DNA of 51,007 nucleotides from Girardia tigrina (Eukaryota): assembly GCA_001938485.1 (NCBI GenBank), contig MQRK01230892.1, positions 47,086 to 98,092 of the forward strand, read 5' to 3'. The notes beneath the pieces are model-generated. The model saw nothing but the letters and a program-made list of their open reading frames with translations, did no database searches and was not told where the DNA came from. The stretch's first letter is position 1, and every line of letters begins with the position of its first letter. The position numbers and the translations under genes are program-made. Shown here piece after piece: positions 1-12,923 of the stretch.

Positions 1-126
1 TTCTTTCTTCGAAGTTAAGCCTGCATGCCATTCCTATGATAGGGACTGAATCTACAAAAAACCTATTTATGTTAAATATAATGAAAGTTAAACATAAATA
101 AAATTCAATAAAATTCAATTTTTAAT

Positions 127-150
127 GTGTATTCATATTTTTGGGACACC

Positions 151-153
<3 letters not shown>
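127..153. mobile_element. Right terminal inverted repeat of a Tc1/mariner-type element extending left of the window
   Basis: gtgtattcatatttttgggacaccctg followed by TA; the reverse complement CAGGGTGTCCCAAAAA is a typical Tc1/mariner end. Confidence 0.6.

Positions 154-191
<38 letters not shown>
154..191. repeat. (TA)n microsatellite
   Basis: Perfect TA run. Confidence 0.95.
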
Positions 192-195
<4 letters not shown>

Positions 196-249
196 TGGGC
201 TTTTAACTAATATGGTAAAATTTCAAAGTAGCTCTATGGAAATGCACAA

Positions 250-1165
250 CCCATACTTCTGTTCCAACACGTGAGCAAAAACTGAACTGAATTGAAACAC
301 AGCTAGAGGTTCGCTTAAATGTTCCTGGAATCAGACACAGAAGGATGGATCTTCTTCGCCACCAACTTCCTTCATGTTCTTAACCATATTCCGCTTTTCA
401 TCATTCCTCACCGACTGGTCGGACAGACCAAATGATTCCAGGTTCTCAGAAAGATATCACTGGTTCTTCCGGAAGCTTTTAAAGGTTGCTTCCATGGTAG
501 GACCAGTGGTTGAATGCTACTCCAAGGACTGAAGAAGATTGAGGTAGAGTCGCGGTGCAATGGAGGCTTTGATGGCTGTGAACCATACAAAGTAGTACTT
601 CTCAGCCACAAACAGGCAAACAGCGAGAAGTCCTGTTTATAACCGTTTGTACGTTGTTGAGTGCTTGATGATAATGAAGACTGAAGAAATGTCACTTGAA
701 ATTGATCCCAAAATATCGAAATCTTGAACGTGTATGGAGCTTGATGAACAAGTTCTGAAGCCATTAATTGGACTTGAGTCGGGCCTTGTGAAACAAATCC
801 AAGAAATACTACAACAAATTCCAACAGTTCTCAGTGGTCTTCACGTGTATGATACTTTATTCTGAGTAGGTTAAGCCCACGATGCACTATCCATTGGAAC
901 CATTCTGAACTCGAACAGCACAATGTTGTTCCAGAACTGCCGGAATGACAAGAAGAGCTCAATGTTTGGGCTTTTCGATGAGTCATTCATAATAGTAAAG
1001 TACACCGCTTCCCGGACAAGTTCAAGAACATTATGTTTGCAGGATAACTGTAGGACTCGTCTACCATCCTGTTTTTGCTCCAGAAGGACAGAAATGCAAC
1101 CAACTCGTCCGGTGTTGAGTGCAGTATTTACGAAAGAAATTCTTCTGATTCAGTCAGCTATCTTC
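250..1165 (-). pseudogene. Degenerate hAT-superfamily (hATm-like) transposase
   Basis: Minus-strand translation SFVNTALNTGRVGCISVLLEQKQDGRRVLQLSCKHNVLELV...SPNIELFLSFRQFW...ELLEFVVVFLG...VHQA matches the remembered family pattern FDTTASNTG...LLEQKL...LACRHHxxEL...DYRELLEL. Contains stops and frameshifts. Confidence 0.7.
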
Positions 1166-1876
1166 TAGTTCTGAATCGTGTTATTATGTATAACAACCTT
1201 ACTGTTGTTATCTATCTTTTTATTTGTGTTAAGGTAACATTGGCACAAATTATGTTGCCAAACACAGGTTAAGAAAGGACCAGATGAAGAATACGTCGAT
1301 GTGTATAAACAAATAATCAAAATACCATATTATGAAGAATATAAAGCATTTAAGAAGAGTATTTGCAAGAATATAAGTAGTGTCAAAGTAGTTTCAATCC
1401 AAAGTTCAAAGCTTTCTCTCTAAATAAATCGAAAACGATTTGTAGATTGCAAGCTAATCTGGTTTATAAATTTGATTTTCACCGGTGCAAAAACTTGTAT
1501 ATTGGAGAGGCAAATCGTCATCTCAAAACTCGGAATAGTGAGTGTAGTTATCGCATAGTCGATTAATAAATTAATCGATCAAAAAATTATAACGACAATA
1601 AATAATTATTATTTCTTAATCCTTTGGAATTTTCAACAATTTATTTGACCAATATTTTGCTCAATAATTTAATAATAGAACTTACTGATTATATTGTTTG
1701 TGATACTTACAAAGTACAAAAGTAATGTTAATTTCGTCTAGTATTATCAGGTAATAAAAATTAATGACTAAAACAAAGCTTTTAGAATTGTGATTTCCTT
1801 AAAAATTATTTTTATTTATTTTTTGTAATTACCTGAGATTTAATACCCGGTTACTGGAGATTTGTTTATATCTTAA

Positions 1877-3008
1877 CACATTAGAGTCCGCTCACCCGAA
1901 AACGCACACTATGCGCGGCACTTCTGTGAGTCCGTTCGTGCGAAAACGCATACTATTTTATATGAATTTGTACGTACAAAAAATATATACGAACTAAAAA
2001 TTTTTTTGATTCCATCATGAGATGGTGTTACAAATATTTTAGATACTGTTTAATAATTTGAATTATGAAAAATATTTTTATTTTTGTATAAAATGGTTAG
2101 CAACGAGAGGTATTCTAATTTCTTCAAAAGATGGCAGTATAAATATTTAAAATGCTATTCTATTATTGAATATAGTTCCGTCATTGCCACCAAATATCTG
2201 ACAAGTATCTGGATAACGTTTTATAGTAATTTACATACATAAGTGCGTTTTGGAGAAGTTTTTGGAGAGTCTTTCTTTATCAGTGACATCATGATATGAT
2301 AACTAATAATTTGTAATCAAATGTAATAATTATAAATGTGTAATAAATAATAATAACACCGTCTTATGGCACTCTATACTAATTTCACGGTAGAAAATTT
2401 GGGAANNNNNNNNNNNNNNNNNNNNNNNNNNNNNNNNNNNNNNNNNNNNNNNNNNTTATGGCACTCTATACTAATTTCACGGTAGAAAATTTGGGAACCT
2501 AAACCCTTAACAACCATATAATTTAATAAAGCTTATTAGTTTAAAAATAAATATATTTAAATAATATTTATATTTTATATAATTTATAAAATAATTAATG
2601 CGCGCGGCGCCACTGGAAACGCATTGTCATCCATAAGACACGTGTGATAGAGTTCTCCTTGTGTTTATTTTTAGCCTAGATTTTTTATGACTGACCCCGA
2701 AACATTTTTTTACGATACACACATGTATCAAGTTCAAGGATATCAAGGGCCATATTATTTCTATAATAAAATAGCTTTTTTGTACATTATCACGCTGGTA
2801 AATGCACCACAGATTGAAACCCATTGTTATGTTTACATATATCGATGCAGTATACCCATTTGAAGGCATCTGTGAAGTTTCGTTGCAATTGATCTGTTGG
2901 TTTAATAATTATATCGATTTTACGAAAAAGTGTATAATTGGCATTTTTTGCGTAATTCGCCCGGACTCCATACAACATATAATGCGGAACGCTGCGGACC
3001 GTAATGTG
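1877..3008. mobile_element. Non-autonomous piggyBac-type element with TTAA target duplication
   Basis: TTAA at 1873-1876 and 3009-3012. TIRs cacattagagtccgc and gcggaccgtaatgtg (13/15 match). Subterminal direct repeats gagtccg...cgaaaacgca. No ORF; spans an N gap. Confidence 0.7.
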
Positions 3009-5419
3009 TTAACGTTCAATAGACTCAGACTATTATCAGATATCAGGTGTTAAATGAGATTAGGAGTTACTGACTTGATATTGTATGCCAGTTACATATT
3101 ATTTATTTATATTTGGCTTGATGTTAAAGCTGGTGTTGTTGTTCAGTGCCGCTGATCCGACACATGCACAGCAATATTCTTCGAGCGACACCGTTCAGTC
3201 TCATCAATTGAGAAATTCATCAAGCGACTGAAAACTCGATTTTCGGAATTCAAATTAAATTACATTTTTGTGAGAAATAAATATTTCTTGTCTAAATAGA
3301 ATCGTTCTGATTTTCATGTATGTGTAGAATAAACGGTTTTTATGGAATAAATTAAAGCGGTACTTTTCTCATTAAATATTCCTAAATGTTTGAGGTATGC
3401 ATTTATGTGGTTGGTGTGATAATGATGTCAAGTGGAATTACTGTTAATAGATGTGTGGTTGGTTTGGGTTGAATTCGAGAAACGGTGGCTGATTTGGAAT
3501 CCGGTATTTATTAGCGGTTCAATAAACAGAATTTATCTATCGCCACCAATCTTAGAATCAACGGCTTGACCTATTGATCTTCATTATATCAGTGGTAAAT
3601 AATGTTCCATAATGATTTCCGAAAATGATCTTAGCGGATCGATCTGAATTTATCGAACTTTATACTTAAATAAAATTATATATTGTTGTTTTTATTTTTC
3701 TGTTATGTGATATTGTGTTATATCTCATGATTGTGAAATTGATTTCAATATTGTGTTTAAAAGTACTTTTAGGGCGAAACAGGAATACTTCACCCAAGAA
3801 GCCAAGTAAACATCATGCACTGGTCCTATGAAAGAGATGATCAGCTATTTATTGCAAGATTTACATTTACATTCTGGCCGTAAGCAACACAGTTTATCAG
3901 CAAGTGTAACTGTAGCGACAACATCGAATAAATCGGGAAACTGAGTGTGATATCACAGGTAACCAAGCAAAATCACAATTATAAGACATCGAATGATTGT
4001 CATAATTTAGTGTTATTTCAGTATGCATTAGATCAAAATCCAATTCAAAAATTATTTTAGCAAATCGTTTTCTACAACATATTCGAAGTAGCTTTCGACA
4101 ACAGTTTCATACATATGAAACGTGACGGCTATGCAAATGCTCAAAAGCACTTTATTCCTCAACTCAGTTATGACCATTACATTATATTATTTATACTTCA
4201 GAATATTTTCAATTATTAATATTATTTGGGATTACAAATAACAGACAAATACATTATTGGGTAAAGGTAGGAGAACAATATAGTCTTTTAATAATCGAGT
4301 CACAGACAATCCTTAATGACACGTCGATGAGTTGGACAGATGAAAGAATTGCATTTGTCACATGTGGAGCAACTCACTTTCGAGCATAATGCTGAGATTC
4401 GTAATTTGTTTCCACATCGATTAAACATCTACAGCACCCCATAGAAGTCAACAAACAACCTATGTGCTCACACATGACAAATAACAACTTATAATGTCAA
4501 ATTACAAAGATTTTTTGATATAACAAAACGGACGAGTCCGAATAACGTTCCCTAAACCGGCCATTCTTCCAGGTCGCACAACGGCTTCTGCTCCACTATT
4601 ATTAAGTGTTAATTAACAAATTATTTAAAAGACCAATAAATGATTTATCGGACTTCCCTTGTCGGAAATTAATCGACTGAACCCTCGCTGACAAATCCAA
4701 CAAAAGCTGTCCAGAATTGCTCCCCACTCCCCGATCAAGCAACCCCTGAAAATATCGAAAAATTAATTATCAAATAAAGATTAATTAATATAAAAACCTG
4801 GTGATTCAACCTGAATTCTAAATATACAAAATTGTTTTTGTAAATCACCATGAATCATCTGGTAATCTCTAAAACAAACATGAATTGCAAAACACACATT
4901 AATAAGACTCACCCACATACTGCCGTAACTGAAGAAGTTAATCGCATATAAGCATACCACCAGTAGTGTCACTCGACAACATGCCAGCTACGAACAACAC
5001 AAGAATACCAATAAGCGCATTCACCTATTCCCGATTAAAAATGCCACGTAGGCATTTACAAATGGCATCATTCATATGATTTAATGACTTTCATGTCGTT
5101 TTACGCTAAGTAAAGTAAATTTTTTTGCTAATAAATTTATGAATATTTATTAATTAATTTGTCATTATTTATGAATTAATTTGTGATGATTTATGAATTT
5201 GTGATTTAATTTGTGATAATATATGAATATTTATTAGTTAATATATTATTATTTATTAATTTATGATTAATAATTAATTTTTTAATGTGTCAAGTGGCAT
5301 ATATAAATGCTTACAGTTCTTATAAATGCTTCTAAATTATGTATGTATCTGTGTGTGTCTTGTGAGTATGTAATGAGGTTTGTTCGGACTTTTTCTACCC
5401 CTCTTATATAACCTGACAT

Positions 5420-6723
5420 TTCTCATAGCTTACGGTCCATCAGAATGACCCTCAGATCCATTTTCATTGGTTAAATGAAACAGTTCTTTAAGTATTCTTC
5501 ACCCATCCCGTAATATTTAAGACAGTCTAGTAATGCAGTAAAGATTCCGTTGGCTGTGACACTTTGAAGTTCGACTAAGTCCAGAAATAAATTTACCGGT
5601 TCTTTCATTTCAGTGCCTTATATACAACTTCGCAAGTATTCTATATGGGTTGATTTTCCACTCAATGTCGTAGACTCATCGATCATCAGTGACATTTTAC
5701 TTTTGAAATTAACCACTTCTTTGACCAGCTTCTGTCTCATTTCAGTGCTTATGTGGTTCACAATATTAATGCATGCATTTGTCGACCTATGTCTATCCCG
5801 TTCATTTCTTGTAAATCAATTTCCATTTCAAAAATATTAAATGACTGATTTCCTTTCGCAACTTTGTATGCAGTGCGAAAAATTTTAGCTGTCTCTGTTT
5901 TCTCACGTGTCAATGGCTTTAAAACTACGTTTTCAAGCTTTTCCTTTTCTGCTTCTGTTACTATCTTTACAGCAGTTTTATTTCCAGCAGATTCCTTGTG
6001 AAGCAAAATTTTTTTTCGGAGTGAATTCTGCTGTTTCTTTTTTTTATCTCTGTAACAAGATACTTTGCCATCAGTCCATTCTTTCGATATTTTCATGTCC
6101 ATTTTTGCTTCTATGCCAAGTGTTCCAACCTTTCGGCAGATTGTACAGCCGAGCTTTTTCTTCTAACGCACAGCCACTCATATCTTCCGCAGAAGTCTAA
6201 TTTTTGCTCCAATGTCCAACAACTTGGCTGATCATTGTCCGAGTCTATGTCTACATCGCCTACACACGTTTGTTCTGAAACTGTCGTTTGAATATCATTA
6301 CCTTCCGCAAGTTCTTGTTTCAATTGTTTACTTACCGGAACAGCAGCTTGGAAAAAACTTGAGATTTTCTTCATTTCAAGACTTTTTTGTTTGTTTAATT
6401 ATTATTAATTTTAAGACTGTCAAATCTAAAATGACATCGAATAATTATTTACCAAATAATTTAATCAATATTACCACACCCCCTAAAAAGGCTATGCCAT
6501 AGATATCATATTAAATATTAGAGAATAACAGCATGTGCTACTTGGCACATTTATATAGCTTGTTGTTGATTTGTAAACCGTAATTTATGTCGTTCCCGTG
6601 AGTCCCCACTGTAAAAGGACTGACAGTAAGTAAAATGTCGATTATTTTATATAAATATAAATGAATCTGACAAAAAAAGGTATGGGAACTGAGTTCCCAT
6701 GAGTTCCTACTGAAAAAAAGCAC
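5420..6723 (-). mobile_element. 3'-truncated hAT element with a degenerate KIAA1586/ZNF862-like transposase
   Basis: ORF pieces 6111-6374 and 5758-6102 (TAKIFRTAYKVAKGNQSF...IDLQEMNGIDIG) continue into LMIDESTTLS (first catalytic D). A hAT-type end (agtgctttttttcagtaggaactc on -) lies at ~6700-6723. Confidence 0.75.
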
Positions 6724-6769
<46 letters not shown>

Positions 6770-6898
6770 NNNNNNNNNNNNNNNNNNNNNNNNNNNNNNN
6801 NNNNNNNNNNNNNNNNNNNNNNNNNNNNNNNNNNNNNNNNNNNNNNNNNNNNNNNNNNNNNNNNNNNNNNNNNNNATATATATATATATATATATATA
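6724..6898. repeat. (TA)n microsatellite spanning an assembly gap
   Basis: TA runs on both sides of the N block. Confidence 0.9.
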
Positions 6899-6936
6899 TT
6901 AAATTCACAAGTTATTTAAAATAAAGCTTAACCCTA

Positions 6937-9100
6937 CCGTTTTGTCGCGTATAAATGTCGCACGCCATTTATTTGAGCAATTTGCACACAATCCATTTAT
7001 TTGAATAAACAACGCGCACAATTTATTCAAATTTTCACAAAAAAATTGAAAAAAATGTAGTTATTGCAAAAAATAGTAGTTAGGCAAAAAGTAGTTATTG
7101 ACTGGCAAATGGTATATAATGGATCAATATACCATAAACCCATAAATCCTAATACCATAAAATGAATTTACATAAAAATACAAATGTTGCACGATAGCAG
7201 AAAAACTTAGAATTATCAACAAGATCAAACAATCCAGAGATAGTATTAGAGCTGTTGCACGACAACATTCTATTCCCGAATCTACGATACGAAGATGGAT
7301 TTCTAGTGAAGAGGAATTAAAAAAACAGTTGTGAATCCGTCTATAAAAATCAGAGAGAGGCGGCGCTTGATTGGTGGAGGAAAAAAAGCAGAATTCCCCG
7401 AATTAGAAACAAAACTCTTCAGATGGATCACCAGTCGTAATGAATTAGGTTTAACAGTTACTACAAAATATATTAAAATTCAAGCACGATTTTTCAGAAA
7501 TGAAATTATTCAACATTTACAAAATCAATTCGNTGACAATTTNCCGAATCAACAACAAATTAGTTCGGAAATAGACAAATTGGAGGCGTTTGATGCATCA
7601 AATGGTTGGTGTTCAAACTTTAAACAACGATATAATTTGGTTCAAAGAGTGCAGACTACAGCCAGAAAATTGCCAGAAAATTACAAAATGATAACGATTA
7701 ATTTTGTAAATGAATGTGTGAATTTTATAAAGGAAAAAGGAATTAAAGAAGAAAACATAATAAACTTTGATCAAATTCCAAGACAATTCGAAAAAGAGCC
7801 CGCAAAAACAATAATAAACAAAGGAACTAAAGAAATATTTCTTCGAAAAGCAACGAGTAGTCATCATAAATACACCTTTACACCAACAATTTCTGCAAAC
7901 GGAAGAATTATCAATCAACATTTACTTTTTTCTAAATTAAAGAATCCCCCTACTGTAAAACCCGGATTCGATGTTGAGACTAATTCGACAGGAATGTCGT
8001 CACAGGAGATACTTAAAAATTATCTCCGAAGAGTCATCCTGAAACGCCCGCAGACATGACTAGAAAAGGAACCTGTTCTCGTAATTTGTGACAGTTATGA
8101 CTGTCATTTAGCAGTTTTAAAAGAAATTGAAGAGATCTATGCTAAGAAATACAATGTCTTTTTTAGAATTATCCCGCCGAACTTGACAGGGATAATTCAG
8201 CCCATTGATGTATGTTTTGGACGATCGTTTCAGTGCTTTTATGATGAAAAATATGACGATTATGTAACAATCTCATTAAATGATCGGTCATTGCAAACAA
8301 ATGCCGGACACATAAAAAAGACCAAATTATATGGTTTTTTCTGAATGGATCTCAGAATGGGCATCCTTAAAATCCCAAGAATCAATTAAAACAGCCTTTT
8401 ATTGTTGTGGAATTTTTAAAGACTTTAACATGGATAATCTTGGTATTTTACATCGATCATTACGAGTTTACTTTCAAAATTCAATTATCGAAGGAGAAAA
8501 AGATATTCTCGAGGACTTGGTTGTGGAAAATTTCTTTGAAACAAACACAATAAATTGGACGACGAGTAGTACCGTAAATTCTCTGTATAAAACTATTTAT
8601 GAAGCCCTTAAATTAACTTAAAATTACGATTTATGGCTTAAGAATATATTTATATCAATTGAAAATAAAATTTATGAGAATGAAGATTTAAGTGGCCTTT
8701 TGATGATGAAGAAAAAATGCTAATAAGGAGCGAAAAAATTTTCCAGAGCAAAGTCGAATTTGTTGTTTTGGTAGATATATTGGAAACTGATATTACATTA
8801 ACTATTCTTGATGATGATCTTAACATCAAAGATTCCAATACTTATAAAAGCAATTTTAAAGAGCGTAAGATTCAATTGCTATCTTATAGGGGGATATTTG
8901 TTTATTGTAATGAATATTGAATAAATTTCTTGCTCTATTTGTTTATTTAATTTTTATATTTATGGCCTTTTATATTTTTATTACATGTGTCATTTATTTG
9001 AGTGCGCCTATTATTCGAATTTTTTACAAAAATTTTCAAAAATTGTTACAATTAAAGAATTTAAATAAATGGCGTGCGTCATTTATACGCGACAAGACTG
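6937..9100 (+). mobile_element. Full-length pogo/Tigger-family DNA transposon with a disrupted transposase
   Basis: ~38-bp TIRs (ccgttttgtcgcgtataaatgtcgcacgccatttattt, 3 mismatches) with TA duplication at 6935-6936 and 9101-9102. Coding remnants: HTH, CENP-B HTH (FDASNGWCSNFKQRYNL) and DDE motifs NFDQ, ICDSYDCHL and IPPNLTGIIQPIDV. Several stops and frameshifts. Confidence 0.92.
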
Positions 9101-10670
9101 TAGCAATACAAACGAGTGATTTTTAAAATCACCTTTGAGCAAAATGTCACCAGTTTCAACCACATGTTTCGGAACATAGTACCAGTCAAGGAGTTTGAGT
9201 TTTACCTTTAATTTCATATGACTAGTTGAAAGTTAAAACAATAGGTAAGTTGCTACCTTGTCACACGCTGCGATTCATGCTTGAGAGGTGTGGTTGAAGA
9301 GAAAATCAAGTGTAGTAGGCATTAATCATAAGCGCAACGATATAACCTCTATCCTTCATATACGCGTGATGTGTGTGTGCGTACATATAAGGTCCTAGGT
9401 ATGTTTATGTTTGTGTGTGTAGTATATTTCGCCGTGCCTATTTGATGCAGCGTCTCCATTTGTCCTTAAGGTAAACAACCATTTTGGCTCTGCATCAACA
9501 AATGCTCATTATTCTGTCTATAGTAACAATGTTGGGACGACAAAGAGAGCTGCTATGCAGCGAACACTTCAAATCATTCCCCACGATGAAACTCCTAGTG
9601 AGCACTGTACGGATTTTGAGGACGGTCAACAACCAAATCCAGTGGAGCCTTTTTCAGACGAGGAGGAAGACAAATCTCCTGATGTAAATGAAAATGATGA
9701 ACTGATGGACAAAAATGGTATTCAGTGGTGCTGCACACCACCTGCAGTCTAGAGTCGAGATGCAAGCAATGTTATTCGAATCCGACCAAGCCCAAAACGA
9801 TCTGCTTATCGAGACAGCATCATTGAGACGTGGCACCTCTTCTTTCCCAACTCCCTACTTGAGAAAGTTGTACGCTACAGTTAAATGAAATCCAATGTAC
9901 AACAGCTGGATGTGATTTTCGATCTTGTGCCGCGGAAAGCTTTTATTGCCATTCAGTATCATCGTCTCGTGTTCGACGATCAGAAAATCCTGCTCTCAGA
10001 TCTTTGGGGCGAACATGTGGATGATTTTTCTCGAGAATCAATGTTAAAGAATCTTTACAGTGCATGGAACACATATATGTGCTTTAATGGCAAAAACGAG
10101 TGATAAAAGGTATGAAAAAGACACTTATGCGGCTTTTCACGAGGTATGGGAAGATTTTAATCAACTACTTCCACTACATTTTGAGGCAAGCGCAACAATT
10201 TTTATCGAAAAACAGTTGGTGAAATCAAAACGTCGCTCGCCTCATCGTACTTTAAACCCAGCGAAACCAGGCATGTACGGCGAAATGTTCCGTTGGGCTG
10301 ATAACAACGAATATCGATACGTCCATTGCGGCAGTTCTTTGCTCAGAAAACCAAACAATGCTGAAGCTGCAGAAGCTCCCGTTCATGGAAACAAGGGGTT
10401 CAACTTTGTACTGTATCGGACGGAACTCTTCGACGGCTCAGGCAGAAACCTTACAGGTGATTGATACTACACCTACTTCTGGAACACCCTCTGACCTACC
10501 TTGACCCACTCGTGAGCAATAAAAAAGAAATTCCACCACTTCTACAAAAGAAATTGCAGCTGCATGCATCTAAATTCGTTTTTGGTGGTCCCAAAAGAAA
10601 ATTTACTCTGTGCACATATGCGTCGAAACAAAAGAAAACGAACCACATACTTTCAATGCAACACCATGAC

Positions 10671-11092
10671 TGTGAGGAATATTTTTGATTGATGATTACT
10701 GTATGTTGTTTGGTATGTTGTGTTAGGATTGTGTTTATCCCATCCAGATGGAAGATTAATATTTTAAATATTTTGAAACGCCGAATTGTTTAATCAATTA
10801 TTAAAATTTTAATAATCTACTTTAAAATTAAATTAATAATTCATAAATAATATTTTAATAATATTTTTCTTAAGTAAATAAAACTTATTTTTAATTTAAA
10901 ATATAAATTATTTTTATAATCGAATTGTAAATTAAATTTGTTTTGTATGATAAGACGTTAAAGAATATTATTTAAAAACTTATCAATCAAGAATGATGAC
11001 AAGCTACGCAAGTTTTATGTAGAATTGTTCTAGTGGCAATTCAAATTATGATACAAATAAATGTAATGAAAACTCAATTAGTGTTCTCAATA
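10671..11092. mobile_element. Solo LTR (422 bp) inserted in the piggyBac transposase
   Basis: 5-bp TSD ATGAC at 10666-10670 and 11093-11097; ends TGTGAG...CTCAATA. Removing it rejoins piggyBac coding sequence (SMQHHD / EKLDIVLEYNR). Confidence 0.75.
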
Positions 11093-12413
11093 ATGACATG
11101 CAGAAGAAAAGAAAAACTGGACATTGTCTTGGAGTACAATCGAATAAAGACTGGTGTAGATGTCTTCGATCAGATGCGCCGGAAATATACCACCAAATGC
11201 ACAACTAATCGTTAACCAATCGTACATTTCCATAATCTCTTGGATGTTGGCGCGATAAATGCCTACATTATTTACATTATGAGTGTCATCCTGATTTGAC
11301 TGAAGCAACAATGAAAGAGAGAAGACTATTATTCCTGAAGACTCTGTACACTAAATTTTCCAGATAGTCTATGGAAAAAGACTGAAAGACAGGAATGTCT
11401 TGCAAAAGCCGCCTGTACTCATTTTGGAGAAATATGTTGGTACCACAGAAGCACCATACGTACCGGTAGATGATCCACGAAAGAAATTTCGATGCTCAAT
11501 ATGCAAAAAAAGAAGAGAAAGTTCCACGAAACTGATATCTTACGAAAGAGGAATGTCAAATTTGTGCTGATACCGTTTGTGGAAAGCATTCTACTGTAGT
11601 TGGAGTAGTTTTTAACACTTGTTCTCTTTCATGGAAACTTTTCATTCATGAAAAAAATAAAAATTAATGATAACTAGCTATGAAAAGTCTTTTTATTTTG
11701 AGGGATTTCGAAGTGATTTATAAAATTACCCGTTGGTATGGCTAGGTTGGATCCAAGCTTAATACGACTAGAATTAACTTTTATCTTTAGATTTTGGATA
11801 ATTGGTGAGACACTTACTGTCTTCACCAAATGATTTTTAATATATAATTGATAAAAAGATTTAAATATATAATTATATGTTCAGGTCTCGTACTTTCAAT
11901 ACTAATTTTCAGACTAATAATAAAGTGATTTTTCGTTAATTTTGCTGATTTCTTTTATACGTTTTGGAATCAATGCTCAATCTGTTGATCGGGGTTTCTT
12001 GCAAATACAATCCTTCCTGACCCGATTTAACCTTCTTTAATTAATAAAAAATAATTTTCCCTCGATAAATAAAAATTCCTTTTTATACTCTTCTTTTGAT
12101 AAATAATTAAGCTTTAATTAATTGATTCAATTATTTCTTGTAGTTAGAAAATAAATGGTTGTTTAAATAATCATCATTGATTGTGTTATATTTAAATATA
12201 TTTTTATGATGATTAGTTCTCCTGATTTTACTGGCGACCACTATCAGGACAATAAAATGAATTTCAATGCAATTTCGAAGATGGAAGAAAGAAGAAGAAT
12301 TTTCGCAAAACTTCCTCAATCAGCGCAGGAAATTTTGGCGCCGAAAGTTGCTTTTTTCGATGGACAGAATCAAGATCTGAAGAAATGGATTGAAGAAACA
12401 ACGTGGACAGGAA

Positions 12414-12575
12414 GCCCTGTCTCCTTGTTACTTTGGTAAGATTAGAACTGTCTGTCAATTTATCATTTAAGGCACTCAGAGATTCTCCTCGTAGAATTAC
12501 ATCGTTAATGCTTTTCACCATAATTCTTTGAATATCATTCAAATTAGAATTAATTTGATTAAAGCTTATTGGTGT
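12414..12575 (-). pseudogene. Captured SEC22-like R-SNARE motif fragment
   Basis: INSNLNDIQRIMVKSINDVILRGESLSALNDKLTDSSNLTK resembles SEC22B [41 protein letters not shown] (recalled), including the zero-layer R in RGE. Confidence 0.8.
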
Positions 12576-12923
12576 TCGGGTGTAAACAGAAAATAAGTTC
12601 AAACTCGAATAGTCGGAGAAAATTTTCCTTCGAGACATTCACGAAAACAGTATAGTGATAATATTAACATGAAAACTACTCTATTCTGGAAAACGACCAA
12701 CGTTAACGAGAGTATTCAGATTTGTTGCATCAAATTTGCGTAATTTGTCAAAAGAATTCAGAAAAATGTACACCGCCGACCAATTTTTGGCTGTTATGAT
12801 TTTATTTAATTTTTTTAAGAAGTCACTGGAATCTCGACACGATACGTTTTGATTATCTTTCTCTTGAAATTCCAATTTGTATAAGATCTCATCATATAAT
12901 TTTTTATCTTTTTTTAAATTCAT
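12540..12923 (-). pseudogene. Captured ORC5-like (origin recognition complex subunit 5) gene fragment
   Basis: LYDEILYKL...VSCRDSSDFLKKL...VYIFLNSFDKLRKFDATNL...VNIITILFS*MS resembles ORC5 LEQILNKL...TCETFNDFVRLF...VYIVLDKAEYLRDMEANLL...NVTVLFLSEIV (recalled). Two in-frame stops; boundary approximate. Confidence 0.6.

Larger units (their letters stand above)
6932..11747 (+). mobile_element. piggyBac (PGBD4-like) transposon, degenerate, hosting a nested pogo element and a solo LTR
   Basis: Left end TTAA-CCC-TA[pogo]GCAATACAAACGAGTGATTTTTAAAATCAC matches the reverse complement of 11711-11748. Transposase remnants at ~9530-11630: NPAKPGMYG, GSGRNLTGD, EYNRIKTGVDVFDQM and a C-terminal Cys-rich domain (CSIC...CQICADTVCGKHS). 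Confidence 0.85.

Noticed and set aside
2364-2497. 42-bp exact direct repeat on both sides of an N gap
   Set aside because: Typical unmerged contig overlap, so an assembly artefact rather than biology.
3100-5400. Possible Penelope/LTR/MITE remnants
   Set aside because: Only faint motif and inverted-repeat hints; no boundaries, TSD or domain could be supported.
6723-6908. ORF of YI repeats and X residues
   Set aside because: Translation of a TA microsatellite and an assembly gap.
12264-12638. Intact SEC22 gene
   Set aside because: No longin or transmembrane domain; the ORF runs on into antisense gag, so it is only a fragment.
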